This document shows, piece by piece, positions 1 through 17,319 of a DNA stretch of 64,000 bases. The position numbers and the translations under genes were made by a program. The DNA comes from the human T2T-CHM13v2.0 reference genome, Homo sapiens: assembly GCF_009914755.1 (NCBI RefSeq), contig NC_060926.1. One strand, 5' to 3'. The first letter of the stretch is position 1. Each line of letters opens with the position of its first letter. Under the pieces are notes generated by a model, which saw only the letters and a program-made list of their open reading frames with translations, searched no databases and was not told where the DNA came from.

Positions 1-253
1 TCTGAATGCACCAAATCACAGAAGCCAATTCCTTTTTCACTGTTCACTGCAAACCTCAACGAACCTCAACTGAGCTCCTCAGGGGCACCTCAGTCTTCTG
101 CCTTCTCCCAGTTCAATTACCATTGCATTTGGATGACTTTACATTTATGAAGTTTAGGATGTATTCTAGGCCACATGCTGTGAACTGGTGACCAAGATAG
201 TTCCTGCACCATTCCCTGTCCCCTGGCAACAATGCCTATTATATAGACCGGGC

Positions 254-256
<3 letters not shown>

Positions 257-302
<46 letters not shown>
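257..302. repeat. (CT)n microsatellite
   Basis: Uninterrupted CT dinucleotide run seen directly. Confidence 0.97.
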
Positions 303-309
<7 letters not shown>

Positions 310-1088
310 CTCTCTGTTGGCTCATTGTAAGGCACATTTTGGATTTTCTCTTGCATGGATGGGCCTATTGTAATCTCCATGGTCTTAGTGAGTGAAGGGA
401 AAGGCTGGACAGTTGGAGGAGACATGAAGATGGAAGCAGGATGGGAGCTGTGATGCAAAGAGTGACACTTGGTAAGTGTCTGTTGAATGGATGAGTTCCA
501 GGCTGTGTCCCTCAGAGTGTGAAGCTTCTTCCTTCATGCCTAGGTTCATTGATTACCTGGAATTTACAAAACACTGTCTTGGTACCCAGGCCACAACTCC
601 CACTCCTTGCTTTCCCATCTTCATATTTCTTGCTGTTTTCTGAACACCATGTTAATTGTTCTGCTACTCACTTTTCCTTGAAACCCTTTCTTTGCTTAGC
701 TCTAAGGGATCCACCTCTCCAGGCTTCTGTCTCTCTCATTGCCAGCTCCTCCTCAGCCTCATTTGCCAGATTCTCCTCTCCTTCCTGACTTCCAAATGCA
801 AGCACGGCCTTGGCCCTTTGTTTTCAGTAACAACCTTCTCTACCATCATGCTCCCATGTAATCTCGTGGCTTTAATTATTGCCTACAGCAGTGACCTCCA
901 TGTTAATATCCCCTACTTGGACATCTCTCTCTTGGAGAGATCTCATCCCTATCTCTTGGACATTTATATATTTAATTGCAAAACATGACATTATGTCTGT
1001 TGTGGGATGAATTGTGTCTCCAAAACGATATGTAGACATCCTGGGACTTTTCCCTTAAAAATCAGAGTCTTTGCAGATGTAATCACGA

Positions 1089-1329
1089 TGTTCCTTAATA
1101 TCCTGGAACCTAAACATTTAGAGTCACCTGGGTGTTCAGGAAAAGAGCTTGTGGGTTCATGTGTAGTAGCTCAGTACTCACCACACTCTTTGGTAAAAAA
1201 GAAACCTTCCGTTCCATTTTCCCTCCAAGGAACCATTTTGATCCAAGCAAGATATCAAATGAGAGGAAGAGACTGGATGACTTTTAGGTTCCTTCCAAAA
1301 TAAATTATATAAAGTTAAATCCCTCCACC
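1089..1329 (-). repeat. ~240-bp inverted copy of 2453-2690
   Basis: Reverse-complement match seen directly. ORFs 1007..1303(+) and 2374..2745(-) share near-identical peptides (PKHLESPGCSGKELVGSCV...YQMRGRDWM). Confidence 0.95.
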
Positions 1330-1378
1330 TAATTTGGCTTCTGTGATTTGAAAATGCACAGAATGTGACTAGGGCCCA

Positions 1379-1424
1379 GTTTTCACCTGGGCTCTGGTCT
1401 CATTGGCATTGTTTCTGGAAGCTT
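1379..1424 (+). repeat. ~46-bp direct copy of ~2738-2783
   Basis: ttttcacctgggctctggtctcattggcattgtttctggaagctt vs ttttcacctgggctctagtctcattggtgttgtttcttgaagctt. Confidence 0.9.
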
Positions 1425-2909
1425 GGATATGACCAGTGACCTTAGAGGAGAGGGGAAGAGACACAGACACAGGCAGAAGGTCATGTGAAGAAGAGGCAGA
1501 GATGGGAGTCATGGATGCACAAGCCAAGGAATGAAAGAAATTGCTGGCAACCAAAGCAGCTAGAAGAGGCAAGGAATAATTTTCTCCTAGAATCCACAAA
1601 GAGACCACAGCCCTGCTGACACCTCGACTTCAGACCTCTAGCCTCCAGAACTAAGAGACAATAAAATGGTGAGGTTTTCAGCCACCTGGCTTGTAGTACT
1701 TTGTTAGGACAGTTCTAGAAAATAAGCATAGTATCCAAAACCAAACTTCTGATTCTCTCACGCCTCAACTTGCCATTTGTAGCGTCTTCGTTTTACAGGT
1801 AGTGATAATCCCCTTCTTCTGGTTCCTTTGGCCAGAAACCACCTCACTGGCCACCTGGATTATTGTAGCAATTGTCACTTGGTTTTATTTTATCCTCACC
1901 TTCCCCGACTCACCACAGGTTATTCTCCAAAGACAGGTTCCTTGCATGGCTTGCTCCGGACTGGCTTCAAGTCTTTCTGTAAATGCCACCTTTTCAATGA
2001 AGATTCCTAGCCCAGGCAGGTAACATCACCTCTCTTCTTTCTCACTCTACTCATCCCCTCCCTGGCTTATTTCCTCTATGGCAAATATCATGAAGAAATA
2101 CATTACACATTCCACCTATTTATTTATTCTTTTTCTTCCCTGCCTGTTGGCACAAGAATACAAGCTCTCTGAAAATACAAAGGTAGAGGTTTTGGGTTGT
2201 TTTTTTTTGCTCTGTCCCCCGTAGGAAGGTCAATGCCTGGCATATGGGTACTCTATTAATATTTGTTAAATAAATGAATGCATGGCTTTGGCCAGTTTTC
2301 AGATACATTGTGTTGATTCATTGTTTCCCTCTTTATTAGTCTTCATCCTTTTTCATTCTAATGAAGACAGAGCTCATTGACAAACCCCTGTGTTCTTCTC
2401 ACCTGTATGAAATCTAGGCTGGGGAGCAAGCTCCTGGGAAACCAGGATCCACGGTGGAGGGATTGAACTTGATATCATTTCTTTTGATATGAACCTAAAA
2501 ATCATCCAGTCTCTTCCTCTCATTTGATAACTTGCTTGGACCAACATGGTTCTTTGGAGGGAAAATAGAAAGGAAGGTTTCTTTTTTACCAAAAAATGTG
2601 GTGAGTACTGAGCTACACATGAACCCACAAGCTCTTTTCCTGAACACCCAGGTGACTCTAAATGTTTAGGTGCCAGGATATTAAGGACCAGTTTGGATCC
2701 CACATCCTTCCTACCTTGATATTTTTTAATGGAACTGTTTTTCACCTGGGCTCTAGTCTCATTGGTGTTGTTTCTTGAAGCTTTTTTTTATTTTCCCTAC
2801 ATTATATGTTGTCAGAAACTTACCTTACTCCTCTATAAGACTCTTGAGACAAGGTGGTATGACATCTTAATTTCTCATTGTATTCCTTAGCTGGTAATTT
2901 CTCTTTTAG

Positions 2910-3150
2910 TTTTATTTTTTACATGTTTTAATTAACAAAATTGTGTATATTTATGGAGTACAACATAATGTTTTGAAATATGTTGTTTACATTGTGGAAG
3001 GGTGACTCAAGCTAATTAAGGTATGTATTACCTGACACATTTATCATTTATTTGTGATGAGAACACTTAAAATATACTCTCTTAGCAATTTTCAAATATA
3101 CAACACAATTGTTATTAATGGTCACCATGTTGCACAATAGATCTCTTGCT
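2910..3150 (-). mobile_element. L1MA (L1MA8/9-like) 3' end fragment
   Basis: gagaacacttaaaat..actctcttagcaattttcaa..tacaa motif, shared with the longer copy at 25596-26455. Confidence 0.75.
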
Positions 3151-4071
3151 TAGCTAGGAAATTTAAGTAGTGGGTCTCAGGGAGTGGCTGTTGAAATAAA
3201 TATTATTTCTGTTGCCATAAAGCTGTGTCCTCTAGTGAATGCAAATCAAAAAACAAAAATTAGGCAGGTAGTTAATAATTTGTCATATTATCTCCTCGAG
3301 GAAGCCCTCCCTCCTTATCCCAAACTCAAGTGTGGAGAGTGTAGTGAGCAGGACAAAAATAGGATGAGATTCTACCTTGAGTGGTAGAATCTTTACTGTG
3401 TTACCTCATCCAATGCTACCCCAAAAATCTGGTTAATTGTCTCCATGTGTCTTATGAAGAAACCAATAATTCTAAAGGCTGAATAACTCACCAAAGTTCT
3501 CAAAGCTTCCAGGGGCAGCAGTAGGATGTGAAGCCAAGTCTGTGTGGCACAAAACCCTTTTATTTCTGTGTTTATTTGCAGAATGTAACATTTCAAGTGA
3601 AGATGCATAAAAAAAGACACATATATTATTTTGTCCTGTAATGCCATCCTGCCTTTTGTCCTGAGAAACTTGCATATTTTAAAATAAACAATCTTCCAGG
3701 GATCCTAGGGCCTTGGCTTCTCCAATCTCCCTGTTTCCATTACTTCTTACACAGGGAGCATGTCTGGGAACTACGTAGGCCTGAATGTTTTCAAACTGAT
3801 GTTATTCTGAAAAGCAAGCCAGGGTCATATTTACAAAGCATTATATTTTCACTTAGTAGCCACAGTATTATTGTGAAATATACCAGTAAATGACATTTGT
3901 AGTCTCCTATCAAGAAAATGAGAGAATATAACCTAATGGGCAGGCAAATCCAAGGCCTGAAGGATGGGCCTGACATTCTGAGCCTGGGCTGAGGTCCTAG
4001 ACACTTATCAAATTAACAGCCAGATATATGCTGACCCAAAGTTCAGAAAAACAAGAAGCATGAAATATGTG

Positions 4072-4518
4072 TGCAATGGTAAATTTTATGTGTCCATTTG
4101 ACTGGGCTAAGGGATACCCAGATAGCTGGTGAACATTATTTCTGGGTGTGTCCATGAGGGAGTTTCTGGAAGAGCCTAGCGTTTGTTTCAGTGGACTGGG
4201 TAAGGATCAGCCCTCACCAATGTGGGCAGGCATCATCTAATCCTTTGAGAGCCCTGAAAGAAAAAAGGATATAGAAAGGGCAAATTCCCTACTCTCTCTC
4301 TCCTGAGCTGGAACATCCATTTTCTCCTGCCATTGGACATTGGAGCTCTTGGTTTTTTGTTTGTTTGTTTGTTTGTTTTTGTACTTTGGACTGGGACTGA
4401 ATTTCACCACCATTTTTTATGGATCTCCACCTTGCAGAGGGTTATCATGGGACTTCTCCATGTCCATAATTATGTGAGCCAATTCCCATAATAAATAACC
4501 TCTAGTGTCTATCATCTA

Positions 4519-4554
<36 letters not shown>

Positions 4555-4629
4555 CTCATCTACCTATCATCTACCTACCATCTATCTATCTATCATCTAT
4601 CTATGTCTCATCTACCTATCATCTACCGA

Positions 4630-4677
<48 letters not shown>

Positions 4678-4697
4678 GGAAAACCTAGACTAATAAA
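4072..4697 (+). mobile_element. MLT2 (ERVL) solo LTR
   Basis: Start ...atggtaaattttatgtgtccatttgactgggctaagggatacccagatagctgg; end gaaaacctagactaataaa. Confidence 0.8.
4508..4677. repeat. Compound (TCTA)n tetranucleotide microsatellite inside MLT2
   Basis: Seen directly. Confidence 0.95.
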
Positions 4698-5563
4698 ATG
4701 TGGATTTTTAAAATGATTCTGAGAGGAGGGCTTGCTCTAAGGAAGAGTATAAACATAAATGCTGGCTAGTGGAAATGTTTGGTTATTGATAAAACTTGCA
4801 TTTTATTGGCATATCCAGGGACTTATTGGACCATTCAAGATAGAGTTAACAAATTGAATCAAAGGCCTGGAGCTATTGGGAAAACAAAACAAAACTGTGC
4901 TTCTGGACTGAAGAACAGGAATGATTGACCCACGGTAGATTTGTCTCATCCAAAGCCTATTGTGTTTTCTGTGTTCTCTTCCCAACTTCCCCATGACTTC
5001 CCAACAGATTATTACATGCCATTTATACTTTCTTTTCCTACAATTAGAAAACAGTGACGCTTGGACCCAAATGACCTTTAGGCCATGGATTCCAGAGCAT
5101 TTGGACATGTTTGCTTTGCTAGAAAGTGCATCAAATACGGTTTTTAAAATATGAAATCTGAAAACAAAATCTTTGGGCTTCTTCACCATCATTCTGAAAT
5201 TTAATATGTAGTTAGCAAAGCTGGCCAACAGGTAAGTTGATGTTCTTTGTAAAGCTCTGGACATGTCAAGCTATTTGAAGGGGAACCTCACTGTTAATGT
5301 ATTATGCAGCTAGACTTACAGCTTTCCTTTGCTTAATTAAAGATTTTTTGGGGAGATAAAAAACACTCATTAAAAAGAAAGCAAGGACTAAAGGGTTTCC
5401 TAGACTTTTGTTGTACACGTCACCTCTGGGCAACTTTTGCTTGCTGTGTATTGCAAAGGTGTTGTATTCACATTTACACAACTGCATATCAAAGAGGGTC
5501 CCTTTTTTTCACCCATTGTTTCTGAGACGTGTCAAAACAATTTTGATATTAAAAATAATAAGG

Positions 5564-7952
<2,389 letters not shown>

Positions 7953-8024
7953 TTACTTAGTAATTCACAGAAATTCCAGGGAGGCTGGAAAACCAGGCTT
8001 GAAGGCTAAGGCAGCCAGTGTGGG

Positions 8025-8155
8025 TACTGTCAGATAAAATACAGGATCCTCAGGCAAATCTCGATGTCATTTGGAACATACTTATTTGTTCTTAACCTGA
8101 AGTTCAAATTTAAATGGACATCTGGTATTTTTATTTGCAAAATCTGGCCACCCTA
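8025..8155. mobile_element. MER53-like hAT DNA transposon remnant
   Basis: cagataaaatacagga... and ...tgaagttcaaatttaa...gtatttttatttgcaaaatctggccacccta terminal inverted motifs. Confidence 0.65.
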
Positions 8156-8444
8156 GCCAAGGTGGCTAATTGCCTAAATTATACTCTGAGATGATTCTAG
8201 GTGCTGATACCAGCGATGTTACCCAGCCCTGACTCTGAGCAGGAGATGCCCCCCCACCAGGTCTCTGCCAGCTCTGACTCTGAAAACTTGCTGTCCCACC
8301 CTGAACCTGTTCCTCATGGATCCCCCTTTATACACCTCTCCAAATCGAGGTCTTGAACAGAAGTCCAATAGCCAATCAATCAAAAAAAGATGCCCATTCT
8401 CACCAGTAATCGGGGAAATGCAAGTTAAGACAAAGGATCGCATT

Positions 8445-8590
8445 GGTGAGTCAGTGGGTAGTAATTAAGAGCCTGGACCCTGTGGCCAGACAATGTGGAT
8501 TTGCATCTCGGCTTGGTGGTGTGTTTGGCACTGTGCCTCAATTTCCTCCTCTGTAAAGTGCGGGTAGTAGTCTTACCTCAATACATTTGA
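8445..8590 (+). mobile_element. MIR fragment
   Basis: Core tgtgcctcaatttcctcctctgtaaagtg. Confidence 0.65.
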
Positions 8591-8626
8591 AGAATGTATT
8601 TCTAAATTTCTAATATGCTTTGAAGT

Positions 8627-8938
<312 letters not shown>

Positions 8939-9132
8939 CCTTGAAGTTTTTTATGCTCTGGCATAGAGTTCTTCCTGCTTTCTTGATGGGGCCTCCTGGA
9001 AAGAACGTGCCTTTCCTGCCCCTTAATACTCAGCCTCGCCACCATGATTGACGTTGGAAACCATCAGGACTCAAGTCATCACGCCCTGTATCCTTGTTTA
9101 TGCCAACAGGGAAAGTTTAGAAATGTGTTTCA

Positions 9133-9670
9133 CTCAGGCAGGCCATCAAGGTCAACGCCAACGGTGATAAAAGTCATGTCGGTAGTATGATATGATAGTA
9201 GGTATGATGCAGTGAAGAAGGCATTTTGCCGCTACGGCCATCCTTCTCTAAACCCAGGACCTCAGGCTAGGTTCGTTAAGAAAGAAATCCCATCTGAGGG
9301 ACGGTCTACAAAATGCTTGACTGGCACTCCTCAAAACTGTCAAGATCATCAAAACCAAGGAAAATCTGAGAAACTTACAGCCAGGAGGAACCTACGGAGG
9401 GAGAGAAGAAAACTGAATGTCATGTGGGATCCTGTATGGGACCCTGGAAGAGAAAAGGGACATTAGGTGAAAACTAAAGAAATCTGAGTAAAGTGTGGGC
9501 CTTAGTTAGTAATAATGTTCCAATATTGGTTCATTCATGATGACAAATGTACCATGCTAATGTACGATATTAATAAATAGGGTAAACTGGGCGTGGGATA
9601 TAGGAACTCCATACATCTTTGCAATTTTGCTGTAAATCTAAAAATCTTCTAAAATAAAAAGTTTATTGGT
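9133..9670 (+). mobile_element. Ancient L1M (L1MC/MD-type) 3'UTR
   Basis: ctcaaaactgtcaagatcatcaaaa...ctgtaaatctaaaa...ctaaaataaaaagtttatt; homologous to ~23010-23525. Confidence 0.8.
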
Positions 9671-9699
9671 TAAAAATAAAAAAAATAAATAAATAAAAA

Positions 9700-10000
<301 letters not shown>

Positions 10001-11385
10001 TCAAATGCTAGTTCCCCTGTGGCTCTTTCCTCTTTCTGTCAAAGAATAACAATACAGATGTTGCTTTTGATAGCTCTGAAATAAATTTTCTTGTTTGTGG
10101 TAAATAAGCTCATCTCAAGAATAGGTCAAACTCCTTGTGTTAGGTTAGGCAGGAGCATTGGTCCAAAAAAAAAAAGGAAAGAAGCTGAATTACTATTTTT
10201 ATAATTTTGTCTACAGTGAGTCCCTTCCTACAAAAGTGGAACTAAAATGTTACCATGTGACAACTTCTGGAATTCTCCCCACAGGCAACAAAGCTGTCTT
10301 TTGATCTTTCCTTCTTTTCTGCCAAGTTTTTGCAGAGTCATGGTTTGCATTACCTTTGTCTCAGCCTTAGTCATTCTTGGTGTAAATGTTATTATACAAT
10401 CCCAGCAGATTATTGTCCTGCCAGGGCCCTCATTCCAGAGCACTGGCTCGTATGCTGATGGTGTTCAAGTGCACCTGGAGCTTTTTTGTGCAAGGTGCTG
10501 AGCTCCTCGGCCTCTGATTCTTCAGTTTCCTCCAGCTGTAGATAGCGGGCTGGGGAGCAGTGCCGACTAGAACAAGTATCCCACACCCTCCCTTGATGCG
10601 ATCTCCATCACCTGCCTATGGGGATGCACATTCCTCCCACTCCCTGGTTAAAAACTAGCACTTTGCTTTGCACACAGGTCACTGTGGGCTGCCCCGAGCT
10701 TTCAGAGAACACACCCCGTTCTGGCAAGTGTGGTGCATCAGGAATGTGCGTAGGGGTTGCTGCTGACTTCTGCTGCCTTTCAGCCTGCTTGAATACAGGA
10801 ATAAGTACAACCCTACAGGGTGATGGTTTCCAATCTTGCTTGCATATTAGACTCACGTGAGGGTCTTTAACAATAAACACCTCACACCAACAATACCAGA
10901 ATCTCTAGAGCTAGGACTCGGATAGTTTTGTTCCTTCCCTTTTCTTTACCCTGCTTCTCTTCCCCAGCACAGATAATTCAATATGTTTCCAAAGTTAAAC
11001 GAATGCTCTACTGGAAGGTGAAGCATCAAGCTAGAAGGAATATGGGTTTTTAGAACCCTTGTGCGATACCTTAGGACAACTACCAGTTCAGATTGTCACG
11101 TCAGAGAGAAAGAGTTTCTCTCTTGTTTTACTCACGTCTACTCCATTTTTGGTAAAACACATGGCCCCATAGCTGATTAATATAATCTCTTACTGGCGTT
11201 TCTTTAAATCGTGCTGGTGGCTCTTGGCCTACACTGGCTTAGATTGAAATCATCAATATACATGTCTAGTTTTCTTCTCTACATGGTCAGTTCTTTGAGA
11301 AAATGCACTCTAACTTATTCATTCTGAGATAGTTTCATTCATCAAATACTTACTGTGCAGATGTCAGGTGCTGCTTTTGATCCAG

Positions 11386-11651
11386 TGTCATGCCAGAGCC
11401 CTCTTATCTCAGCAGGGAGGGGACCAGGTTCAAGAGGCCAAAGAAGAATCTGGGAGCCAGCAGACCAGACAGAGGGTTTTATTAGGGGAACTTACATGCA
11501 TGGACAGTCCAGTGGCTGAATAGGGAACCACAAGGCTGCTTGCAGAAAGCATGCATTCTTATAGCACCCTCACTCACCATCCTCCCCCAACAAGCTCCAC
11601 GGGGCCACCCTCATTTCTTAATTTATTGCTATCGGGTGCATCTGCCATACA
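11386..11651 (-). mobile_element. LTR47-like ERVL LTR inserted in an L2 remnant
   Basis: TG...CA ends; reverse strand starts tgtatggcagatgcacccgatagcaataa. Confidence 0.55.
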
Positions 11652-12224
11652 CTAGGTATTGAAAATATACAAAATAAACTCCCCAACTTCAAGGGGATAA
11701 TATCCTAGCAGAGGATACAATAATGCACAAACAATTAAATTAATATGTCAGATGGTTATAACTGTCCCAAGGAAAAAATATTGTTAAGGGGTTTGAATAG
11801 TATTTTCATGGAGGGAAGGATGGTCAGGGAAGGGCATTTGTGTTCTAGTACTGAGTGGTCGGTCTAAACAGGCACACAAATATTTTTTGTGGAACAAAAA
11901 TAATTGGCCCTGGAATATGTAGCTATTTGGAACTAGAAGTAAGGCTATAGCCCAGATGACCTTTCTCCAATGCAGTGCTCCTTCCAGCTAAGATATTAAC
12001 TCTCATCCTGGTTCACTGTACCTATCTTGGTATTTATTCACCAGCTCTTCTAAATTGTTGTGGCTTATTTTTTGAGAATGGGAGAATCAGATAAATTTTA
12101 TTAAAGCTGTATGAAAATTAAGAGTACATAGGACCTAAGTGTGATTAGATGATTTAGAAATGTGCTTCTGTGAGTAACAGACAGCAATTACATGTATGGA
12201 TTTTGTGAGCCAGGTATTCTCAAA

Positions 12225-12410
12225 TGGGGAAGTGGTAATAGTCCACCCCAGGTGCAGGCAATAGGTGCATTGCTTTTAGATAATCTAAAAATAACAATGA
12301 AACCAATTAAAATCAGTCTGTTTCTATTATCATCATGCGCCAAGAGTTTTAATAACGTCAGTGATAAAATACCCCTTTGTGTGGATGGCTCCCATCTTCT
12401 ATCACTGAGA
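12225..12410 (+). mobile_element. MER96B-like hAT remnant
   Basis: ccaggtgcaggcaatag...ttatcatcatgcgcc...cagtgataaaatac. Confidence 0.5.
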
Positions 12411-12819
12411 TGCCACGAGTAAAATTCAGTGCTCACCTGTGGAAAATGGACCACCCTCACTATTGTAAACAGAAAGGATTTCAATAGAAAAAAACTGGGC
12501 TCTTTCAACACTGTGGGAAAAGCTAGAGACACAGGTTCTAGGTTGAGAGTAACTCCCAGAACATGGCATAACCACAATCAAGAACATGAGGGCATCAGAA
12601 AGCAACACTGGGCGCCTGGGCTTTAAGGAGACTTTGCTGTTGCTGCGGCCCAGAACTGAGGGGGCAGCTACCGCTCAGCAGCGATGGAGCTCCTGACTGC
12701 TGCGGCCGAACACCCAGCTCTTTAGGCCTTCTCTCGCCAGAGGCAACAGCAAAGCAGCAGTCAGAGGGCTTCCCCCTCGCTCTGGCCTCCTGATAATGAC
12801 CTGCTCACACTTATCTCAT

Positions 12820-14600
<1,781 letters not shown>

Positions 14601-14936
14601 TTCAAGTAAAGTAAATGAATAAAAAATTGTCACAGTGTGTTAAACGCTGCTTATTAACAATATCATTCAAATGCATACTATGTTGTACATTTGGCAGAAG
14701 ATGGGGAACATACATTACAATAGTTACTGAATTCTCACCGTGTCTCTTTGGGCTTGGTTTTGTCATCTCCATTTTGTTGACTAAGACAAATACACAGAGA
14801 GTTGAGTTAATTCATCCAAGAGTATACTGCCAAGATTTAAACAAGGGTTTATTTTCCTTTCACTATTTCACATTGCCTTTTAACATCTATGTGAGAAATG
14901 TAAGATTATTTTTTATTCTTGTTCAACGTTGAGATA

Positions 14937-15011
14937 GAATGTGGCAGCTCTTTTCCTCCCATAATTAGTTGTGTAGGTTGCACACTGCAAAAATCTCGAG
15001 GGCACCACCAC
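14937..15011 (+). repeat. 75-bp direct repeat, copy 1 (partly MER91-like)
   Basis: 69/75 identical to 16083-16157 by manual alignment. Confidence 0.9.
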
Positions 15012-16082
15012 ATAGGCATAATAAAGTACCATACAGTTCTAATCATTATAGAATCGAAAGCCTTATTTTCTTAACTTGTATCTTTCTCTGGGATTTATAT
15101 TTTCCATTATGCTCCTCAATTTAAAGAAATGGGACTTTTAACTGGGTTTTAGAAGTGAATTTGCTGATTTGCCTCAGTTGCATTCATTTGAATCATAGTA
15201 AGTGAGTTCTCTTACTGGAAGATTTTTTTTTTTCCTTATAGTTAAAGAATCAGTCTGAACATTTAGGATCAGAATATGAAATGAGCTTACTTTACTTGGA
15301 ATGTTCTTCTGTGTAAGGAGTTGGGCGTTTCATACTCAATTTACTAACTATATATATTTTCATTTATGTACCTAAGGAATCCTGAATATTTTTTCCTAAA
15401 ATCTTAGAGGAAAAAAAGCATGAAACAAAAGGTGAAATACCATAGCTATGGTGTGGTTAGACTACAGTTGGAATTAGTCTGTTTTTCTTTTTCTTTCTCC
15501 CTGGAGCCATTTCAGAAATGGAAGATTTCCTTAGATACTAATTTTCTCAGCACGGGTTGGAAAAACAAGCAAACAAGAGGGCCTAGATTCTAAGTCACAT
15601 CATTGACTGAGAGAAAAAGGACTTCAAACTTTTTTTTTCAGTAAAAAAAAAAAAAAAATTCCATCAGAACAGCTGCTTCCATTTCCTTTGAACTTGTGAT
15701 GGTAGAAACATTTTGGTAACTTTGTTAGCAGGCAGTAGGATTGGTAGATAAGGCTCTTTTTAGTCTTCTTCTGGCTGTCCCTGCATCTGAACCCTCTGTT
15801 GAACTTCCGCTGCACTTTATTCTTACCTTTTCCCTGGTTCTAAGGCATCAGAGAAACAAAAGTTGAAGGTGAGCAAGGAGCATAAAGTAGAATTTTTAAA
15901 AAGTATATTCTAGAGCAAAGAAATCCAGGGAGAGACCCCAGTTCTTGATTCTACTCTTCATCCTGAGGCCATAGCCTCCATTTGTGGTTTTCTTCTGTTA
16001 CCCTTTCCAGGTTCCCCTTGCATTTAGGCAACACTTTAGCCATCATTTTCTGGGTAGGGATCCCAATCCTCCTCCCTGTCCC

Positions 16083-16157
16083 GAATATGGCAGCTCTTTT
16101 CCTCCCATATTTAGTTGTGTAGGTTGTGCACTGCAAAAATCTTGAGGGCACCTCCAC
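16083..16157 (+). repeat. 75-bp direct repeat, copy 2
   Basis: See 14937-15011. Confidence 0.9.
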
Positions 16158-16989
16158 TGTCTGTGGAGCTGCAGTAACTGCTCATGCCCCTTCTCCACTG
16201 AGTAGCCCTCCATTCCCCAAATTGTCTGCATGTTTGCTGAGTTTCCTGTTGTTCAACAGCAACCTTCTTTCCCCCGGATTAGGGGATCAATTAGTGCAGC
16301 CAATAGCATGAACTCTATTCACATCAGCCTAACCTCCAGGGGCTTAAAGAGCCCCAGTTGGCCTTGTGGCTGTCTCAGGGTTCAATTTGATGACACAGTT
16401 CTTGTGTCCCCTGCCAGAGAGGTTCCTCCCTTGGTTGAAAACTCTTCAACATGGACCAGAATCCTGGAGATGAGAAACAAACATGTTGAGATGGGTCATT
16501 CGACATAATGAGGGGTGCTACAACCCTGAGCCCTGCATATTCTGCCAATGAGGAGAAATCCCATAAAATTCAGAGGAAAAATCCGGTTACTTGTAGAAAA
16601 CTGGCCACAATAGCCAATACACAGAGTTATAACACAGAGTGATCAGGGCCATGGAAGAATCTAGAGCGGGGGTTCTATGTAATCAGACATGAGATTTTAC
16701 AAATAGATCTGTGGGCATGAGAGACTGGCAGGTCCAATGGGCAGAGGAAGCGAGGTCTTGAAGGTAGAGTGAGAAGGGGTCAGGCAGGGAGCAGCTTTCT
16801 CAGCAGGGAAGAGCCTGTGCTGGGGCATGAGGAACTACGTGTGGCCACCGGGACAGACAGGATGATGTGGAGAGTCATGGCGAAGAGCAAGGCAGATCTG
16901 GGTTGAGTCCTGGGTCTGATTCTTTCCAGCTGTATGTCCCAGGGTGATTAACCTTTTTCTGTGTATGTCTCCCTATTTTTCTCATTTAC

Positions 16990-16991
<2 letters not shown>

Positions 16992-17050
<59 letters not shown>
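16992..17050. repeat. (TG)n(TA)n microsatellite within a MIR remnant
   Basis: Seen directly. Confidence 0.95.
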
Positions 17051-17053
<3 letters not shown>

Positions 17054-17319
17054 TAGTAACAATTGTACTTACATCATTTTAAATGAGCCAGTCTAGAAGA
17101 CATCAAATGAGGGCAGACAAAAAGCAGAAAGTATGCTGAGATTTTTGCATGTGATGCAATTGTTTCTGGAACTTATTTTGGGCTATCTAAAAGTATAGTA
17201 AAGTATCTTATGCTCACTCTGTAGCTTACCTTGAAAATGTTCCTCTCAGCTTCCATTGGAAAAGTGCAAACAGGCCACTTGCAGAGCTTGCACTTTTGCT
17301 GAACTAGGGAAAAGGGGAC

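Larger units (their letters stand above)
998..1730 (+). mobile_element. MLT1C-like MaLR solo LTR, interrupted at ~1089-1424 by a templated insertion
   Basis: Start tgttgtgggatgaattgtgtctccaaaa; resumes at ~1425 (atatgaccagtgacctta...caagccaaggaatg); ends ...tactttgttaggacagttctagaaaataagcata. Confidence 0.8.
700..2283 (+). mobile_element. L2 LINE 3' remnant, interrupted by an MLT1C LTR
   Basis: L2-like motifs (catggctttaa..., tccaaaaccaaacttctgat at ~1733) and a typical L2 3' end (tgcctggcat...aatatttgttaaataaatgaatg) at ~2235-2283. Boundaries approximate. Confidence 0.6.

Noticed and set aside
1007-2745. Two 'paralogous' ORFs on opposite strands
   Set aside because: Explained by the inverted duplication of non-coding DNA; no recognisable protein or splice structure.
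12600-12790. GC/CpG-enriched patch as a promoter CpG island
   Set aside because: Under 200 bp, few CpGs, and adjacent to degenerate LTR sequence.
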